DNA from: a virus
Reading direction: 5' to 3' (one strand)
Virus record (IMG/VR): IMGVR_UViG_3300003323_000724
Coordinates: 39,940 to 103,939 of that record
Length of the DNA: 64,000 nt
This document shows positions 19,529 to 27,742 of this stretch, one piece after another. Within the stretch, counting starts at the first letter, position 1. Every line of letters begins with the position of its first letter. The notes below the pieces were generated by a model. It was not told the DNA's origin and did no database searches. It worked only from the letters and a program-made list of their open reading frames with translations. Both the position numbers and the translations under genes were made by a program.

Positions 19529-19911
19529 TGCGAGACCTCAACTGGAATGAGTGATTGGAGTTGTTCACCGATAGTGCAGATTTGCAATGCCATTCCTAGC
19601 CAAGAGTTCCAATGATCTTGGATGTTTCCATCTCGCCTTCTCTTAAGATCGGTCATGGCGTAATCCGTAGCGTGTCCCCAGTACCCATAGGCAACTTTTA
19701 TGTGCAGATCCGAACCACGTCTTCTGTCTCTTTTCTCCCTTTCGTCTTCGAGCCAGTCCGCCAAAGCGTGCCGGATCTGCTCGTAAGCCTCTGCCGCTTC
19801 GCACTCTAATTCATCCCGGACGTAATCCAAGGCCGCTTGGGACAGCATCGGGTGTTCCGGGTGCATGAGCATTTCAGCGGCACGGACGGCTGCGGGGTGA
19901 ATGGTCACCAT
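19525..19911 (-). CDS. hypothetical protein with 'ALADWLED' helix
   Basis: TIGR02996-like second helix. Confidence 0.55.
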   Translation of the reverse strand: MVTIHPAAVRAAEMLMHPEHPMLSQAALDYVRDELECEAAEAYEQIRHALADWLEDEREKRDRRRGSDLHIKVAYGYWGHATDYAMTDLKRRRDGNIQDHWNSWLGMALQICTIGEQLQSLIPVEVSQ

Positions 19912-20162
19912 GAGACCTCCGTGTCGGACGTTCCCGCAGTAATCTCAAATCCTGCGGCACTGAGTTGCCTTAATGCTTCTTGACGAGCGTTATCGGGTAT
20001 GGGGGTGCGAACGTTGCCCAAGTCGCTGGCGTAAACAGCCGACAGTCCTTTTTCGGCCGCGCGTTTGATTCCTTCGTACCACAGCTCTAGGACGATTCGC
20101 ACTTTGACCGGATCGGCCGCGTTAACTTTGTCTGTGATGTTGCGGGCATCTTGAGCTGTCAT
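19905..20162 (-). CDS. hypothetical protein
   Basis: GGAGG RBS. Confidence 0.55.
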   Translation of the reverse strand: MTAQDARNITDKVNAADPVKVRIVLELWYEGIKRAAEKGLSAVYASDLGNVRTPIPDNARQEALRQLSAAGFEITAGTSDTEVSW

Positions 20163-20163
20163 C

Positions 20164-20349
20164 TCACTTCCCTCCGTTAAGGATTCGGTCCACTAGTTCG
20201 AGCACGTCAAAGGGACCGGCCGCTTCCAGTTCCCGGACGATCCCGACGATTTGGAGCCGCTCGGCCGTCGTAGCGTGCTTCCGAACGTCCTCGATCAGCC
20301 GGTCCGTCTCGGTGCGGATCTGGGCGACGATTTCAGGTGACGCGAACAT
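20164..20349 (-). CDS. hypothetical protein
   Basis: first gene after promoter copy 3, GGAG RBS. Confidence 0.5.
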   Translation of the reverse strand: MFASPEIVAQIRTETDRLIEDVRKHATTAERLQIVGIVRELEAAGPFDVLELVDRILNGGK

Positions 20350-20375
20350 TCGTTGTCTCCAGTTTCGGACGCACA

Positions 20376-20405
20376 CAACTATGCACCACGATCGGGGAGA
20401 GTCAA
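20376..20405 (-). promoter_or_regulatory. phage repeated promoter, copy 3 (divergent pair)
   Basis: TTGACT-16 nt(...cgtggtg)-CATAGT-tg. Confidence 0.7.
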
Positions 20406-20420
20406 ATTCGATTTCCCGAT

Positions 20421-20450
20421 TTGACTTCTCGGAACCGCGTGGCATATTTG
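20421..20450 (+). promoter_or_regulatory. phage repeated promoter, copy 4 (divergent pair)
   Basis: TTGACT-16 nt(...cgcgtgg)-CATATT-tg. Confidence 0.7.
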
Positions 20451-20475
20451 AGAACCACTAACGGGAGGACTGTGA

Positions 20476-20679
20476 ATGGGAAATTGCGTGCTGACCGGAA
20501 TGTACAAAGACGAACAGCCGGAACAGGTAACGTGGTGCGGCCGGAACGCGGGCAAACAAGAGTGGTTGTTCCAGTCTGCTTCACATGTTGCACTGAACGC
20601 TCGGAATCGCGGCAGCGTTTCTCCGTGTCGTAAGTGTATTGAGTCAATTATCAAAGCACTCCGAAAGGAGTTGAAATGA
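20476..20679 (+). CDS. small Cys-containing protein
   Basis: GGGAGG RBS; WCG...CRKC. Confidence 0.55.
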   Translation: MGNCVLTGMYKDEQPEQVTWCGRNAGKQEWLFQSASHVALNARNRGSVSPCRKCIESIIKALRKELK

Positions 20680-20915
20680 CGCAAGCCGACCGAGCAATGT
20701 ACGACGCCGGCAACGTATTTTGCGAAACGCGCAAAGCACTGGTGGATTTGGCAACCAAGAAGGGCATCAAGGACCGAGTGGTTTTTATGGTTGGCCGTGT
20801 CGCGTGGTACATCGACCCACCGAAGTCCGCCCGGAACTACGAGCACGACAACGGATTAGACGGATGGGTAATCAGCTTCGGTTCTCGGCCGGAAGAGATC
20901 GAGGTGATCGAATGA
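20676..20915 (+). CDS. hypothetical protein
   Basis: ATGA overlap, AGGAG RBS. Confidence 0.55.
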   Translation: MTQADRAMYDAGNVFCETRKALVDLATKKGIKDRVVFMVGRVAWYIDPPKSARNYEHDNGLDGWVISFGSRPEEIEVIE

Positions 20916-21517
20916 GTGTGCTCAAAGGATTAATGCGGAACATCTGCGAAAACCCGTTCGATGACAACGCTCGGCTCGTACTGGCCGATTACTTCGATGA
21001 GAACGGAAAGCAATGGCACGCGGATCTGATTCGGTTGCAACTGCGAAAACCTAGTTTCCAAGAGGTTTACGATTTTGCAAAGGGACTGGGGACGAATCCA
21101 GAACCGAACCGAGAGTTCGGGGCATTTTACTTTGCCGAACTGGGGTGGATGTCTTCTCCCCTGCACCACTCGCACATTGTCAGCCGGGGTTTAATTGGGG
21201 GCATTCACACCGATACCAACACATTCCTTCGGTCCCCCGAGTTGGTTTTCACTAAGAACCCGATAGTTCACGTAGTGTTCCAAGACGTTTGGCCGTACAT
21301 GGGTAGCGGTTCCCCCCAACTGCGAAGGACGACCAAACCAAAACCAATCGGCAGTCAAACTTCTTCGGTTCCTGCTGTGATTTATGATCGACTGCCGAAA
21401 GGACGTAACAGGTTCCGAACGCGACAAGACGTGACTCGGCTCCTTAGTCGGACCGCTGTGGATTACGGGCGAGAACGAGCGGGGCTGCCAAAACTGAACT
21501 GGGAGGACGAACGGTGA
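20912..21517 (+). CDS. TIGR02996 domain protein
   Basis: LMRNICENPFDDNARLVLADYFDENG...ADLIRLQ; SRGLI; NPIVHV. Confidence 0.85.
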   Translation: MSVLKGLMRNICENPFDDNARLVLADYFDENGKQWHADLIRLQLRKPSFQEVYDFAKGLGTNPEPNREFGAFYFAELGWMSSPLHHSHIVSRGLIGGIHTDTNTFLRSPELVFTKNPIVHVVFQDVWPYMGSGSPQLRRTTKPKPIGSQTSSVPAVIYDRLPKGRNRFRTRQDVTRLLSRTAVDYGRERAGLPKLNWEDER

Positions 21518-22077
21518 GCGACGGGGACGCACTTTTGAAGGCGATACTTGCGAACCGGGACGATGACACACCGAGACTGGTGTACGCGGACTGGTTAACT
21601 GAGAACGGACAAGAGGCGAGAGCGGAATTCATTCGGGTGCAGGTGGAATTGATGCGTTGGTTGAAAGAGAACTCAGAAAGCCCCAATCGTGACCCAGACA
21701 TTTATGGAGCGAGGGAAGGAATTTCTCGCATGAAGCAATTGTGGAACCTTCGAGCTTACCCACCCGCACCTAAAGGATTCATTGCTTGTTTGGCCACAGA
21801 TTATTTTGGATACCTTCCTTCGCACCGAGTGGCAGTTTACCGAAGAGGGTTTCCCCATCAGATTTACTGCCCCACTGAAGATTGGTTGGAGTGTGCTGAC
21901 GTGGTGTTTGGTCAATATCCAATTCAAAAAGTAAATCTAACTACTCACATCCCACTGGGCAACCTATTCGATCTGTGCCGAAAGGCAGGATTGGGGGAAT
22001 ACCCCGGGAACCGGATTTCGTTCCATGAAGAGATCCTTGGCGGTATCTGGAAAGGGATCAAATTCACACTCCCTTGA
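21514..22077 (+). CDS. TIGR02996 domain protein
   Basis: MSDGDALLKAILANRDDDTPRLVYADWLTENGQEARAEFIRVQVE (near-consensus); YRRGFP; YPIQKV. Confidence 0.92.
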   Translation: MSDGDALLKAILANRDDDTPRLVYADWLTENGQEARAEFIRVQVELMRWLKENSESPNRDPDIYGAREGISRMKQLWNLRAYPPAPKGFIACLATDYFGYLPSHRVAVYRRGFPHQIYCPTEDWLECADVVFGQYPIQKVNLTTHIPLGNLFDLCRKAGLGEYPGNRISFHEEILGGIWKGIKFTLP

Positions 22078-22159
22078 GAATAGCCCTAATTTCGCTCAAG
22101 ATCAATTTTGGCCACTCGGACGTGACGTATCCCTGTTGACGTGTCGATCGATCAACCTG

Positions 22160-22198
22160 GAGCATCCTGTGCTAAATAAAAAGGGTCCGGATCGCCTA
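22160..22198 (-). terminator. intrinsic terminator-like hairpin (minus strand) in 200-nt intergenic region
   Basis: minus strand ggggttcggattaccttggtaggcgatccggaccc followed by tttt; coordinates approximate. Confidence 0.35.
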
Positions 22199-22283
22199 CC
22201 AAGGTAATCCGAACCCCTACTGCAATGAAGGCCCAACAACGAGTTGGGTGAGCTGCAACGGAATGGTAACAGAGAGGTGAAGG

Positions 22284-22820
22284 ATGGGAAAGTTAACTCG
22301 GTTCCAAGACGTGGACCGGTTCACGCGAGACGGGAGTTGGGAATGTGACTACACCCCGGACCGTCTAATTAAGCAAATCGATGATTGGGTGGGAGAAGAG
22401 AAACTAAATATGGACCCGGACTTCCAACGGGGACACGTTTGGACCGCGAAACAACAAACGGCCTACATCGAGTTCTACCTTCGCGGCGGGAAAACCGCTC
22501 GGGTGATCTACTTCAACAACCCAACCTGGAACCGAGACTGTGACGACTATCGAGATTTCGTAATCGTTGATGGTCTCCAACGGGTGACCGCGTTTCGGAC
22601 GTTCATCGAGAATCGAATCAAGGTGTTCGGGAGCTATTACCGAGAGTACACGGACAGTTTCCGAATGGGACTGAACACGGTGCGGCTGAACGTGAACGAT
22701 CTGAAGACCCGGGCCGAGGTGCTTCAGTGGTACTTGGATTTCAACACCGGTGGCGTGGTCCACACGGACGCGGAGATCCAACGGGTTCGGAAACTGCTCG
22801 AAGCGGAGAAGGTCAAATGA
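22284..22820 (+). CDS. stand-alone DUF262 (ParB/Srx-like, GmrS-type) domain protein
   Basis: PDFQRGHVWT..QQ.AYIE, IVDGLQRVTA, FNTGG. Confidence 0.85.
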   Translation: MGKLTRFQDVDRFTRDGSWECDYTPDRLIKQIDDWVGEEKLNMDPDFQRGHVWTAKQQTAYIEFYLRGGKTARVIYFNNPTWNRDCDDYRDFVIVDGLQRVTAFRTFIENRIKVFGSYYREYTDSFRMGLNTVRLNVNDLKTRAEVLQWYLDFNTGGVVHTDAEIQRVRKLLEAEKVK

Positions 22821-22996
22821 ACAAGACGGCAGATTGCTACCGGTGCGGGGAACCGTCCGAGAACCCGGGCGAATCTTGGATGGGCGGTAAGGACAGCATG
22901 GAACCGGTTGTGGTGTGCGGAATGTGTTTTCAGTTGTCTATGATCGATCCGGACGAGTTCTGGCGAGTGATTCGAGAAAAGGAGGACAAGGAATGA
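22817..22996 (+). CDS. small zinc-finger protein
   Basis: CYRC...CGMC. Confidence 0.55.
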   Translation: MNKTADCYRCGEPSENPGESWMGGKDSMEPVVVCGMCFQLSMIDPDEFWRVIREKEDKE

Positions 22997-23208
22997 CGGA
23001 TTTGAAGTGGACTAAAGATATGCCCCGGAAGCCGGGATTTTATTGGATGTCCAAATTCCCTCATGACGATCCGGAGATTGTGGAAATTGATGTTTACGAG
23101 GGGCGAGCGTTCCGCGTGTGGTTGCGAGGTAACTACTACCCTTTGGACGATGTTGGTTTGGAGTGGGTGTGGTGTGGCCCGTTAACCGTTCCGGAGGGGC
23201 TGAAGTGA
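22993..23208 (+). CDS. hypothetical phage protein
   Basis: WTKDMPRKPGFYW...WCGPL..P motif. Confidence 0.6.
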   Translation: MTDLKWTKDMPRKPGFYWMSKFPHDDPEIVEIDVYEGRAFRVWLRGNYYPLDDVGLEWVWCGPLTVPEGLK

Positions 23209-23531
23209 CGGAGCAAGAAATGCGGCAACTGGACGCGGAGATCCACACCAAGGTGTTCGGGAAGTTGGCAGGACATACCTATCATTGGACGGACGATTTG
23301 GTTTTCGAGCCACCGGAGGATCTTCCTAGGTACTCAACGAATTTGGTCGATGCGTGGAAGGTTGTGGACAAACTGACGGATAACTACGGGTTTTGTTTGG
23401 ACTCTGGAATCCAACCGGACAAGTGGCAGGCGACCTTTACTCACTTTCCGCACATGTTGGACGAGACAGGAAACACGCCGGCGGAAGCGATCTGCCGGGC
23501 CGCACTGCTAGTTGTCGGGAATCGGGTTTGA
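23205..23531 (+). CDS. phage ABA-sandwich-like domain protein
   Basis: LDAEIHTKVFG, PRYSTNLVDAWKVVDKL, TPAEAICRAAL. Confidence 0.75.
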   Translation: MTEQEMRQLDAEIHTKVFGKLAGHTYHWTDDLVFEPPEDLPRYSTNLVDAWKVVDKLTDNYGFCLDSGIQPDKWQATFTHFPHMLDETGNTPAEAICRAALLVVGNRV

Positions 23532-23554
23532 TTGGGTGATTCCGTACCGATTCT

Positions 23555-23584
23555 TTGCATTCCCGAATCCGTGAGGCATAGTTG
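23555..23584 (+). promoter_or_regulatory. phage repeated promoter, copy 5 (probably leaderless)
   Basis: TTGCAT-16 nt(...ccgtgagg)-CATAGT-tgagc-ATG(23588). Confidence 0.65.
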
Positions 23585-23587
23585 AGC

Positions 23588-23806
23588 ATGGAAACACTAG
23601 CTAACCGACTAGCTCTATGGACCGGCCTGTTTACATTTGCGTGTCTTGGGGTAATGGCTTGTGGGATGGAGTTGTTGGGTCGGCACTGGGAAGCTGGAAT
23701 GATGCTGGGAGCGAATGCAGTTTGTGTGATTCTGATGATGTGGTTTACAGTGGAACACCGACTCCAAAAGGGTTGGTGGCCGTGGCAGGATAAACCAGAG
23801 GATTGA
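23588..23806 (+). CDS. small two-TM membrane protein
   Basis: two hydrophobic helices. Confidence 0.5.
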   Translation: METLANRLALWTGLFTFACLGVMACGMELLGRHWEAGMMLGANAVCVILMMWFTVEHRLQKGWWPWQDKPED

Positions 23807-23807
23807 G

Positions 23808-24227
23808 ATGAGCACCGAGTTGAAGCTAGGCCAACTGATTGAGGGCAACCCACAGCGGGACGCCATTCACATCGCCGTGATTCCGATGGTGGCGATTAGG
23901 ACGATGAAACCGGGTGAACACCTGAAGAACGGGTGCGTAGACCCATTCCTGAATGCTCCAGTGCAGCCCGGACAGCGGTTTTGGCTGTTTTTGTATCCGA
24001 ACACAGTTACCAGCCTGCGGCACGTCTGGGAACATGCCGCATTTCCCACGGAACCGGAACTGCCCGAGAAGCGGCGTTCCGAAGCGGACGTGTGGGCCGA
24101 ACAGACGGTGCTGATGGACCAACCGGGAACGTTTACCACAGTGGACTACGCGGACCTTCCGCCGATGACGGAAGAGATCAGGGACAGCATCGTTGAAGTG
24201 TGGGAACGGCAAGGGAGGACCAAGTGA
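23808..24227 (+). CDS. conserved phage hypothetical protein
   Basis: RDAIHIAV, VDPFL..PV.PGQRFWLFLYPNTVTSLRHVWEH. Confidence 0.65.
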   Translation: MSTELKLGQLIEGNPQRDAIHIAVIPMVAIRTMKPGEHLKNGCVDPFLNAPVQPGQRFWLFLYPNTVTSLRHVWEHAAFPTEPELPEKRRSEADVWAEQTVLMDQPGTFTTVDYADLPPMTEEIRDSIVEVWERQGRTK

Positions 24228-24733
24228 ACATCGAGAACTTGAAAATCGATCCCAAGTGGCGGACCCAGACCGTTGTGGACCTGTGCTTGGCCATGCGAGA
24301 AACGCAAGACTTCTCCGCGATGCCGATTCTGGCAGACGCACTTCAGGAAGCGGATTGCGGGGATGAAACGTTACTTCAATTCCTTCGCAATCCGACAGGG
24401 ACGTATGCGATTAAGGCCGGAGTCGTTGGGTTAGTAACGAGCCAAGACACGGAGGAAGCAGTTCTAGAACTCCATGACTTTGGTTCAAACGGTTATGACT
24501 GCCCTGATTATGAAATACTCGTCAATGCTGCTTCAGGGCATCACAAGGAAAACAAAATTACGGGGGATGAATACGGATGGATTCACAGCAAAAATGACGG
24601 CGAATACTTGTGCTTTGGGGGCGTCGACGCGCACGGGGATATTCCAGATCGGTTCTGGGATTTGGTGCAGAAGGCCACGGGAAAAGTAATTCATCGAAAC
24701 GATCGAGCTAAATACTTCTCCTGTTCCTGTTGA
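24224..24733 (+). CDS. Gemmata-type 'WRT.TVV...MPILADALQEA.C' domain protein
   Basis: DPKWRTQTVVDLCLAMRETQDFSAMPILADALQEADC; C-terminal YFSCSC. Confidence 0.75.
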   Translation: MNIENLKIDPKWRTQTVVDLCLAMRETQDFSAMPILADALQEADCGDETLLQFLRNPTGTYAIKAGVVGLVTSQDTEEAVLELHDFGSNGYDCPDYEILVNAASGHHKENKITGDEYGWIHSKNDGEYLCFGGVDAHGDIPDRFWDLVQKATGKVIHRNDRAKYFSCSC

Positions 24734-24742
24734 GGATTCCTA

Positions 24743-25114
24743 ATGGCCCACCAATGGAACCCCGGGTACGATGTGATCGCTTCCCTGCCGCCCTGCGAAG
24801 CGGTGCCCGTTTACTTCCTGCAAGACTACCCGAACACGTTCCACGTCGAGGTGACTACGTTTCCTCAGAACCGACACTTCCAAGTTCGGTTCCCGCCCAA
24901 GGTGTGGGTGAAGACGAACAATTTCGACGCGGGCAAGGACTGGCACCAGAAGCACTACCGTATCACCTGCACTTACGTCAGTGATTTGATCTGGAAGGTG
25001 GGCGACTACAACGAGCACTACGTCGAGGTCCGTGGCACGTTCGCGCTGGAACCGATTGAGGACGAAGTGGACCAGCCGTTAATCGTGGAGGACAAATGCT
25101 TGCAACGAACCTGA
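24743..25114 (+). CDS. hypothetical protein
   Basis: GAGG RBS. Confidence 0.55.
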   Translation: MAHQWNPGYDVIASLPPCEAVPVYFLQDYPNTFHVEVTTFPQNRHFQVRFPPKVWVKTNNFDAGKDWHQKHYRITCTYVSDLIWKVGDYNEHYVEVRGTFALEPIEDEVDQPLIVEDKCLQRT

Positions 25115-25401
25115 TCGGTGAACGAGTGGTTTTGAGTTTGTCCGGGGAACTAGTCGCTACTGGAATAATTAGGGCGTTTGCGTGGGTCGAATCGGGTGTG
25201 ACCGCTCGTTTGCTTTTGGAAGGTCCGGGACGAAAAGTAACTGCTTGGGTGTGGAGTTGTGTTGACGATTATTCGGAACTGCAAATTATTGGGACTGCCG
25301 AAGACTTGGCATCTACTGAATTGGCTCGCGCCGTTCTCGCCGGGGACAAAGTAGCCGCCCGAGCACTGGCCGATCGGGTCCAAGAACTGTGCCAGGAATG
25401 A
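25096..25401 (+). CDS. hypothetical protein with C-terminal 'ARALADRVQE' helix
   Basis: GGAGG RBS. Confidence 0.55.
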   Translation: MLATNLIGERVVLSLSGELVATGIIRAFAWVESGVTARLLLEGPGRKVTAWVWSCVDDYSELQIIGTAEDLASTELARAVLAGDKVAARALADRVQELCQE

Positions 25402-25664
25402 TTCTCCGGCCCAAGGAGATGGAAATGAAGACCAGCAAGGAATGGGTCTTGGTATACCAACCCAAAGCGAAAGTAGAGTTACAGGAATTGAACGGGAATA
25501 CGCGGTTTCGGATCAAAGGGTTCAACAGAACCGGAGCACCCAAATGTTTGTCCGTCTGGTGCGAGTCGGAAGAGAACGCTTGGGCCTTGGCGGACCAAAT
25601 TCTGTCGGACCGGTATCGAGAACTGGAAGCGGTGAGCGAACCTACTGGTGGGAAGCAACTCTAA
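25398..25664 (+). CDS. hypothetical protein
   Basis: shares 'WC.SE..AW..A' with 25966..26181. Confidence 0.5.
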   Translation: MILRPKEMEMKTSKEWVLVYQPKAKVELQELNGNTRFRIKGFNRTGAPKCLSVWCESEENAWALADQILSDRYRELEAVSEPTGGKQL

Positions 25665-25678
25665 CTGGAGGATCGAAG

Positions 25679-25966
25679 ATGTTCGGAAAGAAAAAGAAGA
25701 AGCCCGAGAAGAAGCCCGAGAAGAAGCCCGAGAAGAAGCCCGTTAAGGGAACGGGTGGGAGCAGTTCAAGCAAGTCAACCAGTTCGGACGGTCCCACGGA
25801 CACGTCGAATGCGTTCTTGTGGGGAACGATCTACGGATCGAGCAGTTCCAGTTCGGACCCAAGCTCATCATCTTCGAGCTATGGCAGTGGTAGTTCCGAT
25901 TCGTCCGGTTCCGGGGACTTTAGCAGCGACACGGGATCGGGTGGTAGTTGCGGTGGGGATTTCTGA
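25679..25966 (+). CDS. low-complexity Lys/Ser/Gly-rich protein
   Basis: GGAGG RBS; KKPE repeats, then SSSS...GSGGSCGGDF tail. Confidence 0.55.
   Translation: MFGKKKKKPEKKPEKKPEKKPVKGTGGSSSSKSTSSDGPTDTSNAFLWGTIYGSSSSSSDPSSSSSSYGSGSSDSSGSGDFSSDTGSGGSCGGDF
25697..25742 (+). repeat. 12-nt tandem repeat (KKPE) x3.8
   Basis: aagaagcccgag repeated. Confidence 0.9.
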
Positions 25967-26181
25967 TGAGCAAGGAAACTGTACTAGCCAAGAAACCCAA
26001 GGCGATGGTAGAGCGGAAGATCCTGATCGGTGCCCCGTGTCAGTACCGAATCATCGATCCGACGGCGACGATGTTTGGCCAACGGCGGGTACTGTGTAAG
26101 TGGTGCGATTCAGAGGACCGAGCGTGGAAGGCGGCAACGCAATCCCTGTTCACCAAATCGCTGGGTAAGATGGACGAATAG
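25966..26181 (+). CDS. hypothetical protein
   Basis: TGATG coupling. Confidence 0.5.
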   Translation: MSKETVLAKKPKAMVERKILIGAPCQYRIIDPTATMFGQRRVLCKWCDSEDRAWKAATQSLFTKSLGKMDE

Positions 26182-26185
26182 AGCA

Positions 26186-26215
26186 CACAGGTGTTCCCTT
26201 AAGGGAACACCTGTG
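26186..26215. promoter_or_regulatory. 30-bp perfect palindrome (putative operator) before HTH gene
   Basis: cacaggtgttccctt|aagggaacacctgtg followed by TACACT and ATG 26231. Confidence 0.65.
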
Positions 26216-26230
26216 GTACACTTCTGAGTA

Positions 26231-26407
26231 ATGCCCACGTTAACCACGGCCGAAGTCGCGAAGATTCTCCAAGTGACCCCTCGGTGGGTCCGGAAACTTC
26301 GTGACCGAATCGGCGGGTTTGAGATTAAGGGCGGTGTTTTGTTATTCGATCAGCGGGCCGTGGAGCGGTTCAAAGCTAGTCGAGAGAGGAAGGGAAAGAA
26401 TGCCTGA
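26231..26407 (+). CDS. HTH_17 / excisionase-like DNA-binding protein (58 aa, not in ORF track)
   Basis: MPTLTTAEVAKILQVTPRWVRKL...IGG.EIKGGVLLFDQRAVERF. Confidence 0.75.
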   Translation: MPTLTTAEVAKILQVTPRWVRKLRDRIGGFEIKGGVLLFDQRAVERFKASRERKGKNA

Positions 26408-26597
26408 AACAATCGATCCTCGGGACGTTCTCGTGATTCAGGCCACGAAGGAGTTGTACGAGGTCATCCACACCTGGACAAAGCGACACCAGTTGACCGA
26501 AGCAGAGTTTACTTTCGTTGTGGCCGGGATGCTGGCCCGACAGACGCAGAAGATGTGTTTGCGTGAGCGAGGGTTGCTACAGGAGACTGAAGCGTGA
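26400..26597 (+). CDS. hypothetical protein
   Basis: ATG 26400 overlapping the HTH gene stop. Confidence 0.5.
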   Translation: MPETIDPRDVLVIQATKELYEVIHTWTKRHQLTEAEFTFVVAGMLARQTQKMCLRERGLLQETEA

Positions 26598-26914
26598 ACA
26601 AAAGTATGATAGACTCTAATTCTTGGGAATTCCCCTTGATTCAGTTTGAACGAGAAGTGGCCCAACTTGTAGGCGAAGAGATAGTAAAGTTGGTTGGGTA
26701 TAGTGGAGTGGTGGGGGGAGCGCTTGCTATCGAAGATCCTGCGGCGGAGATGCCGTTCTTCGTGAGGCTCTATCTCGACTGTGAACCGGAACTTGTGGCC
26801 GACCAACTCCCACATACGCTCACGGTGAATTTGCCCTCGAAGCAACTAAATCTTCCTGTTAGTGCCGAGTACACTGGCAAATTCCAGGGGCAGAGTTGGG
26901 AGGATTCTAAGTGA
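26594..26914 (+). CDS. hypothetical protein
   Basis: GTGA overlap. Confidence 0.5.
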   Translation: MNKSMIDSNSWEFPLIQFEREVAQLVGEEIVKLVGYSGVVGGALAIEDPAAEMPFFVRLYLDCEPELVADQLPHTLTVNLPSKQLNLPVSAEYTGKFQGQSWEDSK

Positions 26915-27261
26915 CCCTCAAGGAGCGAGCAGCGGAGCAGGCTACACGGGAAGCGGACGTGATGGCAGCTCTGTGTGAAATGCCCCAGTGCGGTCGTGCG
27001 TCGTGGCTCTGTCGGGTGATTAATTTCAAGGGTCCGAGTGGGTGGTGCCCAGTAGGTCCGCCTCGAATGGGAGAGCACAGGAATCTTCCGTCAGTTCCTA
27101 CAATGTCCCAAGCGAGAGTCAACGATGTGCTCCGGAAAATGTATAAGAAGGGCGCCATTCAACTGATCTACCCGAACACGCGGATGATGCGGTACGTGCT
27201 GCTAGAGGAGTGGAACGAAATGAAACGGAAGGGCCAATCGACGGAGGGGATGAAATTGTGA
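26911..27261 (+). CDS. hypothetical protein, possibly winged helix
   Basis: GTGA overlap; VNDVLRKMYKKGAI. Confidence 0.45.
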   Translation: MTLKERAAEQATREADVMAALCEMPQCGRASWLCRVINFKGPSGWCPVGPPRMGEHRNLPSVPTMSQARVNDVLRKMYKKGAIQLIYPNTRMMRYVLLEEWNEMKRKGQSTEGMKL

Positions 27262-27467
27262 CAGAGAAAAAGCCGAACCAAGTGACGACGGCGTACATTC
27301 TGGTGTCCATTCCGAATCTGGATGCGTGGTCGATAGATCACTTGGGAAAAGTTGTGGAGAGGCTCAAGAAGGAACAGCATAAACCGGAAGCCGAACGGTT
27401 CATTCCGATTTGGCTCGATCTTGTTCCAAAGAAACCCGAATGGCACCCGATTGAGGATGATCTGTGA
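27258..27467 (+). CDS. hypothetical protein
   Basis: GTGA overlap. Confidence 0.45.
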   Translation: MTEKKPNQVTTAYILVSIPNLDAWSIDHLGKVVERLKKEQHKPEAERFIPIWLDLVPKKPEWHPIEDDL

Positions 27468-27742
27468 CTGATAAAGGGTTTGAACCAACACACGACATCA
27501 ATCTTACGCTGACCATCAAGGATCGAGTTACGGGCGAAGTGCAGACTCGGGCGACGGAATTCGGAACCTACTGGTGGACGGAAGGTAACGGTTCGGATGA
27601 TTGTAACCGACGGGCATTGTTCTTTCCCGACCATTCAGACGAGCCGTGTCAGGCGAAGCGGTACATTGTGATTGGCGTCGAACCATTGCTCCAAGGCTAC
27701 TCGTTGGAAGACTTTAATCTGAACTACGAGGACGTGAAGTGA
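27464..27742 (+). CDS. hypothetical phage protein
   Basis: WWTEGNGSDDCNR motif. Confidence 0.55.
   Translation: MTDKGFEPTHDINLTLTIKDRVTGEVQTRATEFGTYWWTEGNGSDDCNRRALFFPDHSDEPCQAKRYIVIGVEPLLQGYSLEDFNLNYEDVK

Noticed and set aside
26301-26399. ORF-track start at 26301
   Set aside because: Region is better explained by the HTH gene 26231..26407 in another frame; next gene starts at ATG 26400
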